A stretch of DNA of 64,000 nucleotides from Acidobacteriaceae bacterium. Its GTDB lineage: Bacteria > Acidobacteriota > Terriglobia > Terriglobales > Acidobacteriaceae. A program made the position numbers and the translations under genes. Of the stretch, positions 1 to 8,740 are shown piece by piece. Below the pieces are notes generated by a model that did not search any database, had not been told where the DNA came from, and saw only the letters and a list, made by a program, of their open reading frames with translations. The first letter of the stretch is position 1. Each line of letters starts with the position of its first letter. Where the stretch lies: NCBI GenBank assembly GCA_003138365.1, contig PLFY01000046.1, forward strand, positions 2,773 through 66,772, read 5' to 3'.

Positions 1-506
1 ACTGAGCTGGACTCCTGGCCTCGCGGGCAAAATCCATCTGAAATTACGCGATTCAAGGGAGTATGAGCCACCAGAGCGTCCGCGTGCCGCAGAGCCGCCG
101 TGAAGGATGGTTTACGACGATCATGATCCGATGCTCCCTGGACGAGGAGACAAAGATTGGGTTGCAAGTGTTCGAGGATGCTGTTGGACTCGAAGATAAG
201 GTTTGTGCCAGGGCCGAAGTGGGGCCAGAGTTCGTCGAGCATCGGCGGGAGATCGCGTGTTGGCGGGTGATTGCGCATCGGCGGCGTGGCCAGGAAGGCG
301 CGCACCGCTCCGGCAGCCAGATAGCGGGCGGTGTCGGTTCCCTTCCCTGCGGTGGTTTCTTCCCATATGGGTTTGGGTTGGCCGTGATCGTGGGTGGTGA
401 TCTTGACGGCGGTCCAGCGGAACTCGGGCAGAGCCGCGATAAGGCCGCAGACCAGCGGGGTCTTGCCGACGCCCCGGCTGCTGCCGCCTACAACGATGAT
501 GGCCAT
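1..506 (-). CDS. Partial ORF (3' end runs off the window), small P-loop NTPase-like protein, possibly MobB-like
   Basis: Not in the ORF track. My translation from ATG at 506 is MAIIVVGGSSRGVGKTPLVCGLIAALPEFRWTAVKITTHDHG..., open to position 1. It has a hydrophobic strand followed by a GxxxxxGKT Walker-A-like motif and lies directly downstream of lpxD. Confidence 0.7.
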   Translation of the reverse strand, partial: MAIIVVGGSSRGVGKTPLVCGLIAALPEFRWTAVKITTHDHGQPKPIWEETTAGKGTDTARYLAAGAVRAFLATPPMRNHPPTRDLPPMLDELWPHFGPGTNLIFESNSILEHLQPNLCLLVQGASDHDRRKPSFTAALRHADALVAHTPLNRVISDGFCPRGQESSS

Positions 507-531
507 CAGCGTTCTTCCTATTCCCTATTTC

Positions 532-1578
532 CTATTCAATGTCTCGCGACTTGCGGGAAGCCTTCGCGAGGCGGGCGAGGACGACTTGCTCGCGAAGGAC
601 TTGTTTCAGCGGACGCGCTGGAGTTCCCCAGAGGACGGTTCCGGGCTTGAGGCCTTCATTGGTGAGCGTCTTGCCGCTGAGGACGCCGGCCTGCCCTCCG
701 AGAATCACGCCGGGGCCAATGTGGGCGTGGTCGCCGATGCCTACCTGTCCGGCGATGACGGCGCCCTTGCCGACAGTCGAGGAGCCGGAGATGCCGGTGA
801 GGGCGACCAGGATGACGTCTTCGCCGATGTCGCAGTTGTGGCCCACGTGCACGAGGTTGTCGATCTTTGTGCCGCGGCGGATGCGGGTCTCGGCCAGTGC
901 TCCGCGATCGATGGTGGAGTTTGCGCCGATCTCGACGTCGTCTTCGATCATCAGGGTTCCCTGCTGTGGAAACTGGGTGTACGCACCCGTGGCGTTGTCG
1001 CGGACATACCCGAATCCATCAGCCCCGAGAACAGCGCCGGCGTGGACGACAACGCGATTGCCGAGGGTGGTTCCGGGATAGAGGACGGCGCGCGGGTAGA
1101 TGCGGCATTGCTCTCCGATGCGGACGCCGTCGCCTACCACTGCGCCGGCTTCGATGCGGGTTCCTGCGCCGATGGACACATGGTCGCCGACGATCGCACA
1201 GGGGCTTACGGTCACGCCCTCCCCAAGTTCGACAGGATCGCCGAGAACAGCGGTTGGGTCGATTCCGGCTGCGAGCGGGGCAGCCTTGAGGAGTTTGGCG
1301 GCGCGCGCAAACCACAGGCGGGGCTGGGCAGTCTCGACGATGCACTTGTCGGTCGATTGCGTTTCCTCGCTCCCTGTGCGGAGTTCAGAGCTTCCCGTGC
1401 GCACGACGAGGACGCCCGCGTTGCCTGCCAGGGCTTCGGCAGTGGAAGCTGCGTCTTCGGCAAAAGCCAACTCAGAGTGACCGGCGAGCGGAGAGGAGTT
1501 CACGCCGGTGAGAACGATCGCAGGGCTTCCCTGCACCAGTTTGCCGCCCAGGATTTCGACCACTTCGCCAAGCTTCAT
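532..1578 (-). CDS. lpxD: UDP-3-O-(3-hydroxyacyl)glucosamine N-acyltransferase
   Basis: Hexapeptide repeats plus the [28 protein letters not shown] and IAGQVG motifs. Confidence 0.96.
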   Translation of the reverse strand: MKLGEVVEILGGKLVQGSPAIVLTGVNSSPLAGHSELAFAEDAASTAEALAGNAGVLVVRTGSSELRTGSEETQSTDKCIVETAQPRLWFARAAKLLKAAPLAAGIDPTAVLGDPVELGEGVTVSPCAIVGDHVSIGAGTRIEAGAVVGDGVRIGEQCRIYPRAVLYPGTTLGNRVVVHAGAVLGADGFGYVRDNATGAYTQFPQQGTLMIEDDVEIGANSTIDRGALAETRIRRGTKIDNLVHVGHNCDIGEDVILVALTGISGSSTVGKGAVIAGQVGIGDHAHIGPGVILGGQAGVLSGKTLTNEGLKPGTVLWGTPARPLKQVLREQVVLARLAKASRKSRDIE

Positions 1579-1602
1579 GCGTTTCTCCTCGAGCGCGGAG
1601 TT

Positions 1603-2502
1603 TCAATACAGTCCCGGCTCACCCGCCGGCCTGGTCTTCCAGCGGCGGTGAATCCAGAGCCACTGGTCAGGATAACGCCGAATCCAGGATTCGATGGCTT
1701 GCGTACACAGTTGCGTGGCGGCGAGGATGTCCTCGGCTGGGTTGGCGGTGTGGGGAATTTGGATTTCAGGGCCGAAGTGGAGGACGTAGCGGCGCTCGGA
1801 GGGCTCCCAAAGCATGAACCCCGGCAGCACGGCGGCGCCGGTCTTGCGAGCCACATGGGCCAGGCCGGTTGCGGTGCAGGCTTCAAGGCCGAAGAATTTT
1901 ACAAACGAGCCTTGGGGCGGGGTCATATTCGTATCCATCAGAATGCCGACGGTCTGGCCGGAGCGCATGGCGAGCAGCAGTCCGCGGCCGAAGTCGTCTT
2001 TGTGAATGACCTTGTTACCGTGAAGGCAGCGGATGCCATTCACAAAGTCGTCGAGGCGGCGGTTATCGAGCCGTCGGATGACCATGCCCATGGGATGGCC
2101 CATGAGGGAGTGGTAGAAGCTGGAGAGCTCCCATGCGCCCAGATGGCCGGTGACGACCAGAACACCCTTGCCGCGGGCCTGTGCGGCGAGATAGCGGTCA
2201 AGGCCCTCGGTGCGGAGCCATGCGCTGGTGTTTTGCGGGGTGTAACGGGTCATGCGGCAGAACTCGACCAGTTGCCAGGCCAGATGGACATAGACGCCGC
2301 GCAGGATGCGGTTTCGCTCGGCGGTTGAAAGCTCGGGGAGGGCGAGTTTGAGGTTGCGCACGCCCACGCGGCGAAGCCGGCCCAGCGCCCAATAGACGGC
2401 GATGGCGATGAGGCTGGCCAGCAGACGCGCCAAGGCGCGCGGTAGACGCCCCAGCGTGCGCGCCACAGCTACGACAAGCCAATACTCGAAATTCTCCCGC
2501 AT
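1603..2502 (-). CDS. Lipid A late acyltransferase (LpxL/HtrB family)
   Basis: HLGAWE (HxxxxD/E) motif, ILMDTN, and C-terminal YPDQWLWIHRRWKTRP; ATG at 2502 chosen as start. Confidence 0.92.
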   Translation of the reverse strand: MRENFEYWLVVAVARTLGRLPRALARLLASLIAIAVYWALGRLRRVGVRNLKLALPELSTAERNRILRGVYVHLAWQLVEFCRMTRYTPQNTSAWLRTEGLDRYLAAQARGKGVLVVTGHLGAWELSSFYHSLMGHPMGMVIRRLDNRRLDDFVNGIRCLHGNKVIHKDDFGRGLLLAMRSGQTVGILMDTNMTPPQGSFVKFFGLEACTATGLAHVARKTGAAVLPGFMLWEPSERRYVLHFGPEIQIPHTANPAEDILAATQLCTQAIESWIRRYPDQWLWIHRRWKTRPAGEPGLY

Positions 2503-2551
2503 GGTTGAAGGCAAAGATCAGTTTACCTTTCGATGCGGCTTGTTTTCTCGC

Positions 2552-3244
2552 CTACTGGTGGTATTTGGCCTTGACGAAGTACTGGGCCACGTCGCGGACA
2601 AACGCGACGGCTCCGGGCGGGACATCGACATTGCCCTTGAGGATGTCCTGAAAGGTGTGCGGCTGGCCGTAGTAAAGCTCAGTATCCTCGGAGTTCTGAG
2701 TGACGCTGGTGCCGTCCAGGTCAACCCCGGCAAAGAGGCCCTTGGCGCGCGAGTAGCTGAGCAGCTCGGCGTTCAACTTCCAGTCGGTGGCGGCCTGGCC
2801 GGCGCGGCCCACCGGACCGGCTGCCGCGGAGGCATCGCCGCCGATCTTGAACTTGCTCTTCAGCAGGTCCTGGAAGCCGCGGTCATTGACCGCAACCAGG
2901 ACCAGATCGGTCGACTGGCCGCCTATTTGAAATCCAAAAGACCCGCCGGCCATGCGAATAAAGACCGGCGCGCTCCAGCCGTGGCCGGTGCGGCAGGTCA
3001 CCACGCCCTGGCCGTATTGCGCACCCACCAGGATGGCGCCCTTGAGCATTCCGGGGACGACGCCGAGACAGGTGGCCTGCTGAAGAATATTCATGGGGAT
3101 GGTGCTGTCCTTGGCGGCCATGATGTGGTCCAGGACGAGCTTGGCTTCGTCGATGCGGGCCTGCAAGTCGTCGCGCGTGGAGGCGGCAAAGGCGGTGCAT
3201 GTGAGGATGAAACAGAGGCAGACGGAGGCAATGGTTTTGTTCAT
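2552..3244 (-). CDS. Secreted lipid-binding SYLF/YSC84-domain protein
   Basis: Signal peptide from MNKTIASV; GGSFGFQIGGQSTDLVL, AAAGPVGR and YSRAKGLFAGVDL motifs. The ORF-track extension to 3553 overlaps the repeat array and is not considered real. Confidence 0.9.
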   Translation of the reverse strand: MNKTIASVCLCFILTCTAFAASTRDDLQARIDEAKLVLDHIMAAKDSTIPMNILQQATCLGVVPGMLKGAILVGAQYGQGVVTCRTGHGWSAPVFIRMAGGSFGFQIGGQSTDLVLVAVNDRGFQDLLKSKFKIGGDASAAAGPVGRAGQAATDWKLNAELLSYSRAKGLFAGVDLDGTSVTQNSEDTELYYGQPHTFQDILKGNVDVPPGAVAFVRDVAQYFVKAKYHQ

Positions 3245-3441
3245 ATCCGTATCCTTTCCACAACAGCCTAAATCATGCGAGCGTACATGCGAGTGCATCG
3301 GCCACCAAGGCCGGGCCTTGGAAGGCACACACATGCACAGCGAAATGAACCGCCCTGAATGCTGGGATGCACGGATAGGCGTTGGGGAGGGCTGAATGAG
3401 TGAGGCGCAGAGGCGGTTTTCACTGGTTAGAGAGAAAAAGC

Positions 3442-3583
3442 AAAAAAAGAGGAGTTCCCAGACATCATGGAAAACATGCTGTCTAGAAACTCCTTTCCCC
3501 AGATCTGCGTTGTTTCTGTAAACCAGTCTGTGGGAAACGTGGACATGTTGCAAGGGTACGGAAGGAGCGTGGCGCTAAGTAAC
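3442..3583 (-). ncRNA. Candidate small RNA, array unit 1 (~140 nt)
   Basis: Putative promoter at 3589-3617, two adjacent hairpins, and a terminal hairpin (3451-3493) followed by a U-tract on the minus strand. Confidence 0.55.
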
Positions 3584-3588
3584 CACAA

Positions 3589-3617
3589 TGTTTACTAGTT
3601 GGTAAATGGGCTGAAAA
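3589..3617 (-). promoter_or_regulatory. Putative sigma70-type promoter TTTTCA-17-TAAACA with overlapping palindrome TTTAC-N6-GTAAA (3591-3606)
   Basis: 17-nt spacing; same position in unit 2. Confidence 0.45.
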
Positions 3618-3678
3618 GAGAGCGGGGGTTCGCGGAAAGCAGCGCGGTTTTCGGTGATGAACCATAGAAAGCCAACCC

Positions 3679-3843
3679 AAAAAGAGGAGTTCCCAGACGT
3701 CGCGGCGCAGAGAAGAAGGCGCCTGGGAACTCCATTCCCCAGATCTGCTTTGGTTCTGCGAATAAGTCTGTGGGAAACTAATCCTCAATGGTGGTCAATA
3801 TTGCTCAGTCTTTGGATTACGGAAGTCGCATGGCCGTAAGTAA
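3679..3843 (-). ncRNA. Candidate small RNA, array unit 2 (~165 nt, most divergent)
   Basis: Best promoter match (TTCTCA-17-TAAAAT). The GGAGTTCCCAG/CTGGGAACTCC stem is perfect although the loops differ from the other units. Confidence 0.55.
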
Positions 3844-3849
3844 CCGCAT

Positions 3850-3878
3850 ATTTTACTAATTGGTAAATGGACTGAGAA
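3850..3878 (-). promoter_or_regulatory. Putative sigma70-type promoter TTCTCA-17-TAAAAT with overlapping palindrome (3852-3867)
   Basis: 17-nt spacing; the conserved block GTTACTTA begins about 6-7 nt downstream. Confidence 0.5.
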
Positions 3879-3929
3879 GGGGGCCCGAGGATCGCAAAGC
3901 GGGTTTTCGTGGTGGGAGACGAAAAGACG

Positions 3930-4070
3930 AAAAAAGAGGAGTTCCCAGGCATCATGGAAAACATGCTGTCTAGGAACTCCTTTCCCCAGATCTGCGTTGT
4001 TTCTATAAACAAGTGTGTGGGAAACGTGGACATGTTGCAAGAGTACGGAAGGAGTGTGGCGCTAAGTAAT
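3930..4070 (-). ncRNA. Candidate small RNA, array unit 3 (~140 nt)
   Basis: -10-like TAAACT at 4076-4081 (minus strand), same two hairpins, terminal U-tract. Confidence 0.5.
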
Positions 4071-4151
4071 CGGAAAGTTTAATGGTTGATAAATGGCCGG
4101 CGGGACTCGTGGAGAGCAGAGCGGGTTTTCGGGACGAGAGACGAAAAAAAC

Positions 4152-4290
4152 AAAAAAAGAGGAGTTCCCAGGCATCATGGAAAACACGATGCCTGAGAAC
4201 TCCTTTCCCCAGATCTGCGTTGTTTCTGTAAACAAGTGTGTGGGAAACGCGGACATGCTGCAAGAGTACGGAAGGAGTGTAGCCATCGGT
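4152..4290 (-). ncRNA. Candidate small RNA, array unit 4 (5' end uncertain)
   Basis: Terminal hairpin 4161-4203 pairs over 19 bp on the minus strand if two G-U pairs are allowed, then a U-tract; the upstream region differs from units 1-3. Confidence 0.48.
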
Positions 4291-4315
4291 GACATGGCGT
4301 GTGTGAGGCGGGTCC

Positions 4316-4545
4316 GGGCTTTAGCCAGAGCCTAAACTGTGCATAATGAACGAAGCTTTAGCCACTGAGGTTGAGCTCTTCGAAGCCAAAGCATGCCTCA
4401 GGGGCTAAAGCCCGCGTTGATTCTGCTGCCTTTGTGCCGGGGATAAATCCCCGGCCTACCGCCCGAACGAGTTTTTCCGCAACCTGCAAAGGCCGCCATT
4501 TTTAGCGACCTGAATGTCAGTCAGGGCTGAGGCCCTGACCTACCG
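4316..4545. repeat. REP-like palindromic cluster
   Basis: GGGCTTTAGCC / GGGGCTAAAGCCC, CCGGGGATAAATCCCCGG and GTCAGGGCTGAGGCCCTGAC hairpins; similar to 16346-16490, 26281-26435 and 6641-6760. Confidence 0.75.
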
Positions 4546-4588
4546 TTGTCCCATGTTCCAGCCGAGTTCTTAGACAGGTTCTAAGGAA

Positions 4589-5318
4589 CTAACCGAGACG
4601 GCGCGCTTCCGCGCTCTGGCGGCGCTCGCCGCGGCGGCGCTCGATGGTCACGGCACTGGGCTTGATGGGATGGTTCATTTCGCGCATGGAGAGCTCCGTC
4701 CGGTTTTCGGTTCCGGTCTTGCGCATGAGGCGGCCCACATGGGCCTTTACGGTGCGCTCCTCAATGCCCAACTGGCGGGCGATCTCGCGATTGGAACAGG
4801 CCTGCATGATGAATTCCAGCACCTGGTGCTCCCGGTCGGTCAGGTGGGGGCTGCCGTTGGTGAGGCTGGTATCTGTCCCCTTCAGCAGGCGGTCAATGAG
4901 TTTGGAAAGCAGGCGGCGGGGCGCCCAAATCGAGCCGGCGGTGACCGCATCGAGGGCTTGGAGCACCATGTCCGCATCGGCGGTCAAATCCAGGTAGCCC
5001 CTGGCCCCGGCAAGGATGGATTCCAGGACCAGTTCATCGTTCCCATCCGGGCCGATGACAATCAGCCGGATGGAGGGACGCGCGCGGCGAACGGCCTCGA
5101 TGATCTCCAACCCCTTGGACGAAGAATGCAAGTCCACGAGCAGATACTCGAGCGTAGAGCGGGCCAGCAACTCTTCGACGCTCCCCAAAATCGGAAGCAG
5201 ACGGGGCTTCCCTGGCAGAGGAGGCTGCTCGAAAATGCTGGCGAGCCCCTCAAGGCGGATAGGTTCATCTGAAACCAAGCCAATATAAATTGGATCAATG
5301 TTACGGATCGAAAACATC
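4589..5318 (-). CDS. NarL/LuxR-family response regulator (REC + LuxR HTH)
   Basis: C-terminal LTDREHQVL...SNREIARQLGIEERTVKAHVGRLMRK and an N-terminal receiver-like domain. Confidence 0.92.
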
Positions 5319-5441
5319 TTGCTCTCCCGGTAAAACAGAAGGAGAGCTGGGCCCAGTGCGGTCGGGGAGCGAGCTTGGGCCCCCATCGCCGCACATTACG
5401 TACTTATCCAACCACCCCAACCAGATTGCTTGCGGCCACCC

Positions 5442-5996
5442 TTAAAGCTTGGGCAGCACAATTCCTTGCTGCTTCTGGTATTTGCCCTTGCGATCGGCAT
5501 AGCTGACCTCGCAGGCTTCATCGGAGCGGAAAAACAGGATTTGGCACAGCCCTTCGTTGGCATATACCTTTGCCGGTAGCGGGGTAGTGTTGGAGATTTC
5601 GAGTGTTACGAATCCCTCCCACTCCGGCTCGAATGGCGTTACGTTCACAATGATTCCGCAACGCGCATAGGTGGATTTTCCAACGCAGATCGTGAGTACA
5701 TCCCTGGGGATACGAAAGTATTCGATGGAGCGGGCCAATGCAAACGAATTAGGAGGGATAATCACTGAGCCGGCCTGGACGGAGACAAATGACCGCTCGT
5801 CAAAGGCCTTGGGATCGATGATTGCACTGTTTACATTGGTAAAGATTTTGAATTCATCGGAGACGCGGAGGTCATAACCATAGGAAGAAAGCCCGTAGGA
5901 GATGACGCCTTGGGCCACCTGCTTCTCGCTGAATGGCTCAATCATGCGGTGTTTGGTGGCCTGTTCGCGTATCCAACGGTCACTTTGAATCGACAT
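5442..5996 (-). CDS. dcd: dCTP deaminase
   Basis: [23 protein letters not shown] and [13 protein letters not shown] motifs. Confidence 0.95.
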   Translation of the reverse strand: MSIQSDRWIREQATKHRMIEPFSEKQVAQGVISYGLSSYGYDLRVSDEFKIFTNVNSAIIDPKAFDERSFVSVQAGSVIIPPNSFALARSIEYFRIPRDVLTICVGKSTYARCGIIVNVTPFEPEWEGFVTLEISNTTPLPAKVYANEGLCQILFFRSDEACEVSYADRKGKYQKQQGIVLPKL

Positions 5997-6311
5997 GGTT
6001 CTCCCGTTCCGGAGCATTTTCCTCTCCGGACAAAAAATAAGATGGTTCGTTGCCCGAGTCGCAATACCTCATAGTACGAAAATGCGCTGGGAATGCACAA
6101 TGGTTTCTTGAAGATTTGCCTGCCGGCCTGTGGAAAACAACGATCGGCGCATTTGGATGGGCTGCGCAGGCGCATTCAACGGGTATTTCGGCAGCTTTCC
6201 TGGGATGAAAGTCCCGCCGGCAGGCTTCGGTTGTTTCACAATCGCATTAAAACTTGTAGCGTCATTCCCATCGGTCGTAGTAAAGTCAAACTTGCCAGCG
6301 AGGTTACCCCA

Positions 6312-6602
6312 TTGATTAAGCAGGACATCGTCCATCATGTAATCGAGCGCACGGGCCTGCCCCGCACCAAGGCAGAGGCCGCGGTGGATACGGTATTCGA
6401 GGGCCTGAAACAGGCACTTACCGCCGGTGAGCGCATCGAACTGCGCGGATTTGGCGTATTCAGCGTCCGCGCCCGCAAAACCGGCATTGGCCGCAACCCC
6501 CGAACCGGCACCGAGGTCAGCATCACTCCCGGCAAGGCGGTGCGCTTTAAACCAGGCAAGGAACTGCATTCGATCGAGTCGGGCGGAGCGCAGAAGAGTT
6601 AA
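6312..6602 (+). CDS. HU/IHF-family histone-like DNA-binding protein
   Basis: IELRGFGVF...GRNPRTG...VRFKPGKEL; TTG start at 6312. Confidence 0.95.
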   Translation: MIKQDIVHHVIERTGLPRTKAEAAVDTVFEGLKQALTAGERIELRGFGVFSVRARKTGIGRNPRTGTEVSITPGKAVRFKPGKELHSIESGGAQKS

Positions 6603-6640
6603 GGGAGTCTCCGATTCGGTCCCAATTCATGCGGCGACAT

Positions 6641-6760
6641 TCCCGAGGCGGCTAAAGCCGTATCCCTGTTTGGCCTTCTTGCGGCACGGCTGAAGTTCCA
6701 CGCCATCGACGAAGACCTGTCGATGGGGACCCCGGATGCGCTTTGCCCTTTCTGAAGCGG
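6641..6760. repeat. REP-like element
   Basis: GGCGGCTAAAGCCG and GCGGCACGGCTGAAG match the 26281 cluster. Confidence 0.6.
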
Positions 6761-6809
6761 GCCGATCCCAATGATTGATTCAGAGGCTGGCTAACGCAAG
6801 AGGAGTTCG

Positions 6810-7748
6810 GTGCGCTCAACCTTCAGGGACTATGGCCTGCCCTTGCTGCTACTGGCGGCCAGCGTGGTTACGACAACCGCGAACGGCGCCCGGTTCATGC
6901 AGAATTTTGTTCAAGGCCTGCCGCCGGTGGTGCGCGACAGCGACCTGTGGCCCTGGGGTTGGCTAGCCGGCCATCCAGCACTCTTCAAGACGGGCTGGGC
7001 CTTTTCTGTGTCCCTGCTGGGCATTCTTCTGATCCACGAGTTTGGCCATTACTTTGCGTGCCGCTGGCATCGAATCCGGGCAACGCTGCCGTGGGTGCTG
7101 CCGGCGCCCACGCTCAGCGGCACGGCCGGCGCCATCATCAGAATCCGCTCCCACATTCCCAGCCGCGACGCGCTGATGGATGTGGGCGTGTATGGCCCGC
7201 TAGCCGGTTACGTGGCTTCAGTGCTGGTCGTGGGGCTGGGTTTTGCGCTCAGCCATCCTGCTCCGGCCAACGCGCCAGAGGCCCTCGTCCGCTTTGGAGG
7301 CGAACCGCTGACCCTGCGCATGGTGCACGCGCTTCTGGCGCACTGGAACCCAAGCCTTCCCTCATTCGAGCACCTCACGCCGCACCCGGTGCTGGTGGCT
7401 GGCTGGATTGGCCTGTTCATGACCTCGCTGAACCTGATCCCCGGCGGACAGTTGGACGGCGGCCACTTGCTCTATGCACTCTCGCCGAAACTGCACCGGG
7501 CTTTTACGTGGATACTGCCTCCGCTGCTGTTGATCGCCGGAACGCTGTTCTGGGTGGGCTGGATTCTATGGGGACTGATCTTGCTGCTGCCTGCGATGCG
7601 CCACCCGAAGGTTCCTTTGCAAGGTGGACTGCATCGAGGCCGTGTTCTGCTGGGCATTGCCGGGATCGTGATTTTTGTGCTCACATTCACGCTTGCGCCG
7701 TTCTATGACAACTCGCTGCTGCAAATCCTGCATGTGAATCTTTTTTGA
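6810..7748 (+). CDS. Site-2 protease (M50 intramembrane zinc metalloprotease)
   Basis: HEFGH, GPLAG and NLIPGGQLDGGH motifs with several hydrophobic segments. Confidence 0.93.
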   Translation: MRSTFRDYGLPLLLLAASVVTTTANGARFMQNFVQGLPPVVRDSDLWPWGWLAGHPALFKTGWAFSVSLLGILLIHEFGHYFACRWHRIRATLPWVLPAPTLSGTAGAIIRIRSHIPSRDALMDVGVYGPLAGYVASVLVVGLGFALSHPAPANAPEALVRFGGEPLTLRMVHALLAHWNPSLPSFEHLTPHPVLVAGWIGLFMTSLNLIPGGQLDGGHLLYALSPKLHRAFTWILPPLLLIAGTLFWVGWILWGLILLLPAMRHPKVPLQGGLHRGRVLLGIAGIVIFVLTFTLAPFYDNSLLQILHVNLF

Positions 7749-7868
7749 ATGCCGCCGATCTCCTCCATAAGCTGGGCATCTGATGCGAGTTAGGATGGAG
7801 ATGAGCGAGCCGGGCTGGTCAAGCCGGTTTCAGCGCGACTTGAAGCGGCTGCAAATTGAGAATAATCG

Positions 7869-8720
7869 ATGACCAAAACCAGGTTTGCTCCTTCCGCTCT
7901 GTTTGAGAGTCAGCCGATACGCCGTGTGTACGACGAATCCACGGATACATGGTTTTTCTCGGTCGTCGACATCGTCCGTGTCCTCACGCAGCAAGCGGAT
8001 GCCACCGTTGCCCGGAAATACTGGAACAAGCTTAAACAGCGGCTGCATGAGGAGGGAAGTCAGTTGGTGACAAATTGTCACCAACTGAAGCTGCCAGCCT
8101 CCGACGGCAAGAGTTATCTCACCGATGTCGCCAATGCGGAGACGCTGCTACGGCTGGTTCAATCTGTTCCCAGCCCCAAGGCCGAACCCATCAAACTCTG
8201 GCTTGCGAAGGTGGGCTATGAGCGGCTGCGGGAGATCGCCGATCCGGCCTTGGGGTTGGAGAGGACGAGGGAAAACTGGCGCAAGCTGGGACGCAGCGAA
8301 AAATGGATCACCCAGCGCATGACTGGGCAAGAGACGCGCAACAAACTGACCGACTACTGGGTCGCCCACGAGGTCAAGCAGGGGGAGGAGTTCGCCATCC
8401 TCACCAATCTCATTCACGAGGAATGGTCCGGTGTATCGGTCAAGGAGCATAAGAACCTGAAAGGGTTGGAAAGCCAGAATCTTCGCGATCACATGAGCGA
8501 GGCCGAACTTATCTTCACGGCCCTGGCCGAGCTTTCCACCCGTCAGATCGCGGAGACGGAAGTGGCGGTGGGCCTGCCCGCTAACAAGAAGGCCGCGCAG
8601 TCAGGCGGCAAGATCGCCCAGCGTGCACGTGTCGAGCTCGAAAGCAAGACTGGCCGCAAGGTCGTCACCGGCGAGAACTATCTGCCGCCGGGGAAATCGA
8701 AAAAAGCACTCATGTCTTGA
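7869..8720 (+). CDS. Bro-N domain protein (phage antirepressor-like)
   Basis: IRRVYDE..WFFSVVDIV..L, YWNKLKQRL, DGKSYLTDVA and SPKAEPIKLWLAKVG motifs. Confidence 0.82.
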   Translation: MTKTRFAPSALFESQPIRRVYDESTDTWFFSVVDIVRVLTQQADATVARKYWNKLKQRLHEEGSQLVTNCHQLKLPASDGKSYLTDVANAETLLRLVQSVPSPKAEPIKLWLAKVGYERLREIADPALGLERTRENWRKLGRSEKWITQRMTGQETRNKLTDYWVAHEVKQGEEFAILTNLIHEEWSGVSVKEHKNLKGLESQNLRDHMSEAELIFTALAELSTRQIAETEVAVGLPANKKAAQSGGKIAQRARVELESKTGRKVVTGENYLPPGKSKKALMS

Positions 8721-8740
8721 AAGAAGGCTGCGTGATTAGC

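Larger units (their letters stand above)
3442..4290. repeat. Tandem array of four diverged ~220-250 bp units
   Basis: GGAGTTCCCA recurs at 3451, 3686, 3938 and 4161 (periods 235, 252, 223). Each is followed by TTCCCCAGATCTGC, TGTGGGAAAC and TACGGAAG. Confidence 0.97.

Noticed and set aside
1360-1410. Short [11 protein letters not shown] duplication in LpxD
   Set aside because: A 12-nt imperfect duplication in a variable loop; too minor to interpret.
394-2328. Long antisense ORFs (394-2328; also 11752-13494, 16537-17529, 34649-35908 and others)
   Set aside because: Shadow frames of well-supported genes in GC-rich DNA, with no family motifs.
3442-4290. CRISPR array
   Set aside because: Units are ~240 bp, homologous along most of their length, with no short identical repeats, no unique spacers and no cas genes.
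3442-4290. Plus-strand CsrA/RsmA-sponge RNA (several GGA motifs)
   Set aside because: The wobble pairs and the position of the A/U tract favour the minus strand, and most GGA motifs lie in stems.
3483-4295. Minus-strand ORFs MQHVHVSH... and MSTFPT... in the ORF track
   Set aside because: No ribosome-binding site, frames not kept in unit 2, and they read through terminator-like U-tracts.
3467-4335. Repeated plus-strand 42-52 aa ORF MENMLSRNSFPQICVV... behind GAGGAG (type I toxin-like)
   Set aside because: Absent in unit 2, stop position varies, substitutions are mostly non-synonymous, and the peptide is not hydrophobic like Ldr/Ibs toxins. It is not fully excluded without Ribo-seq.
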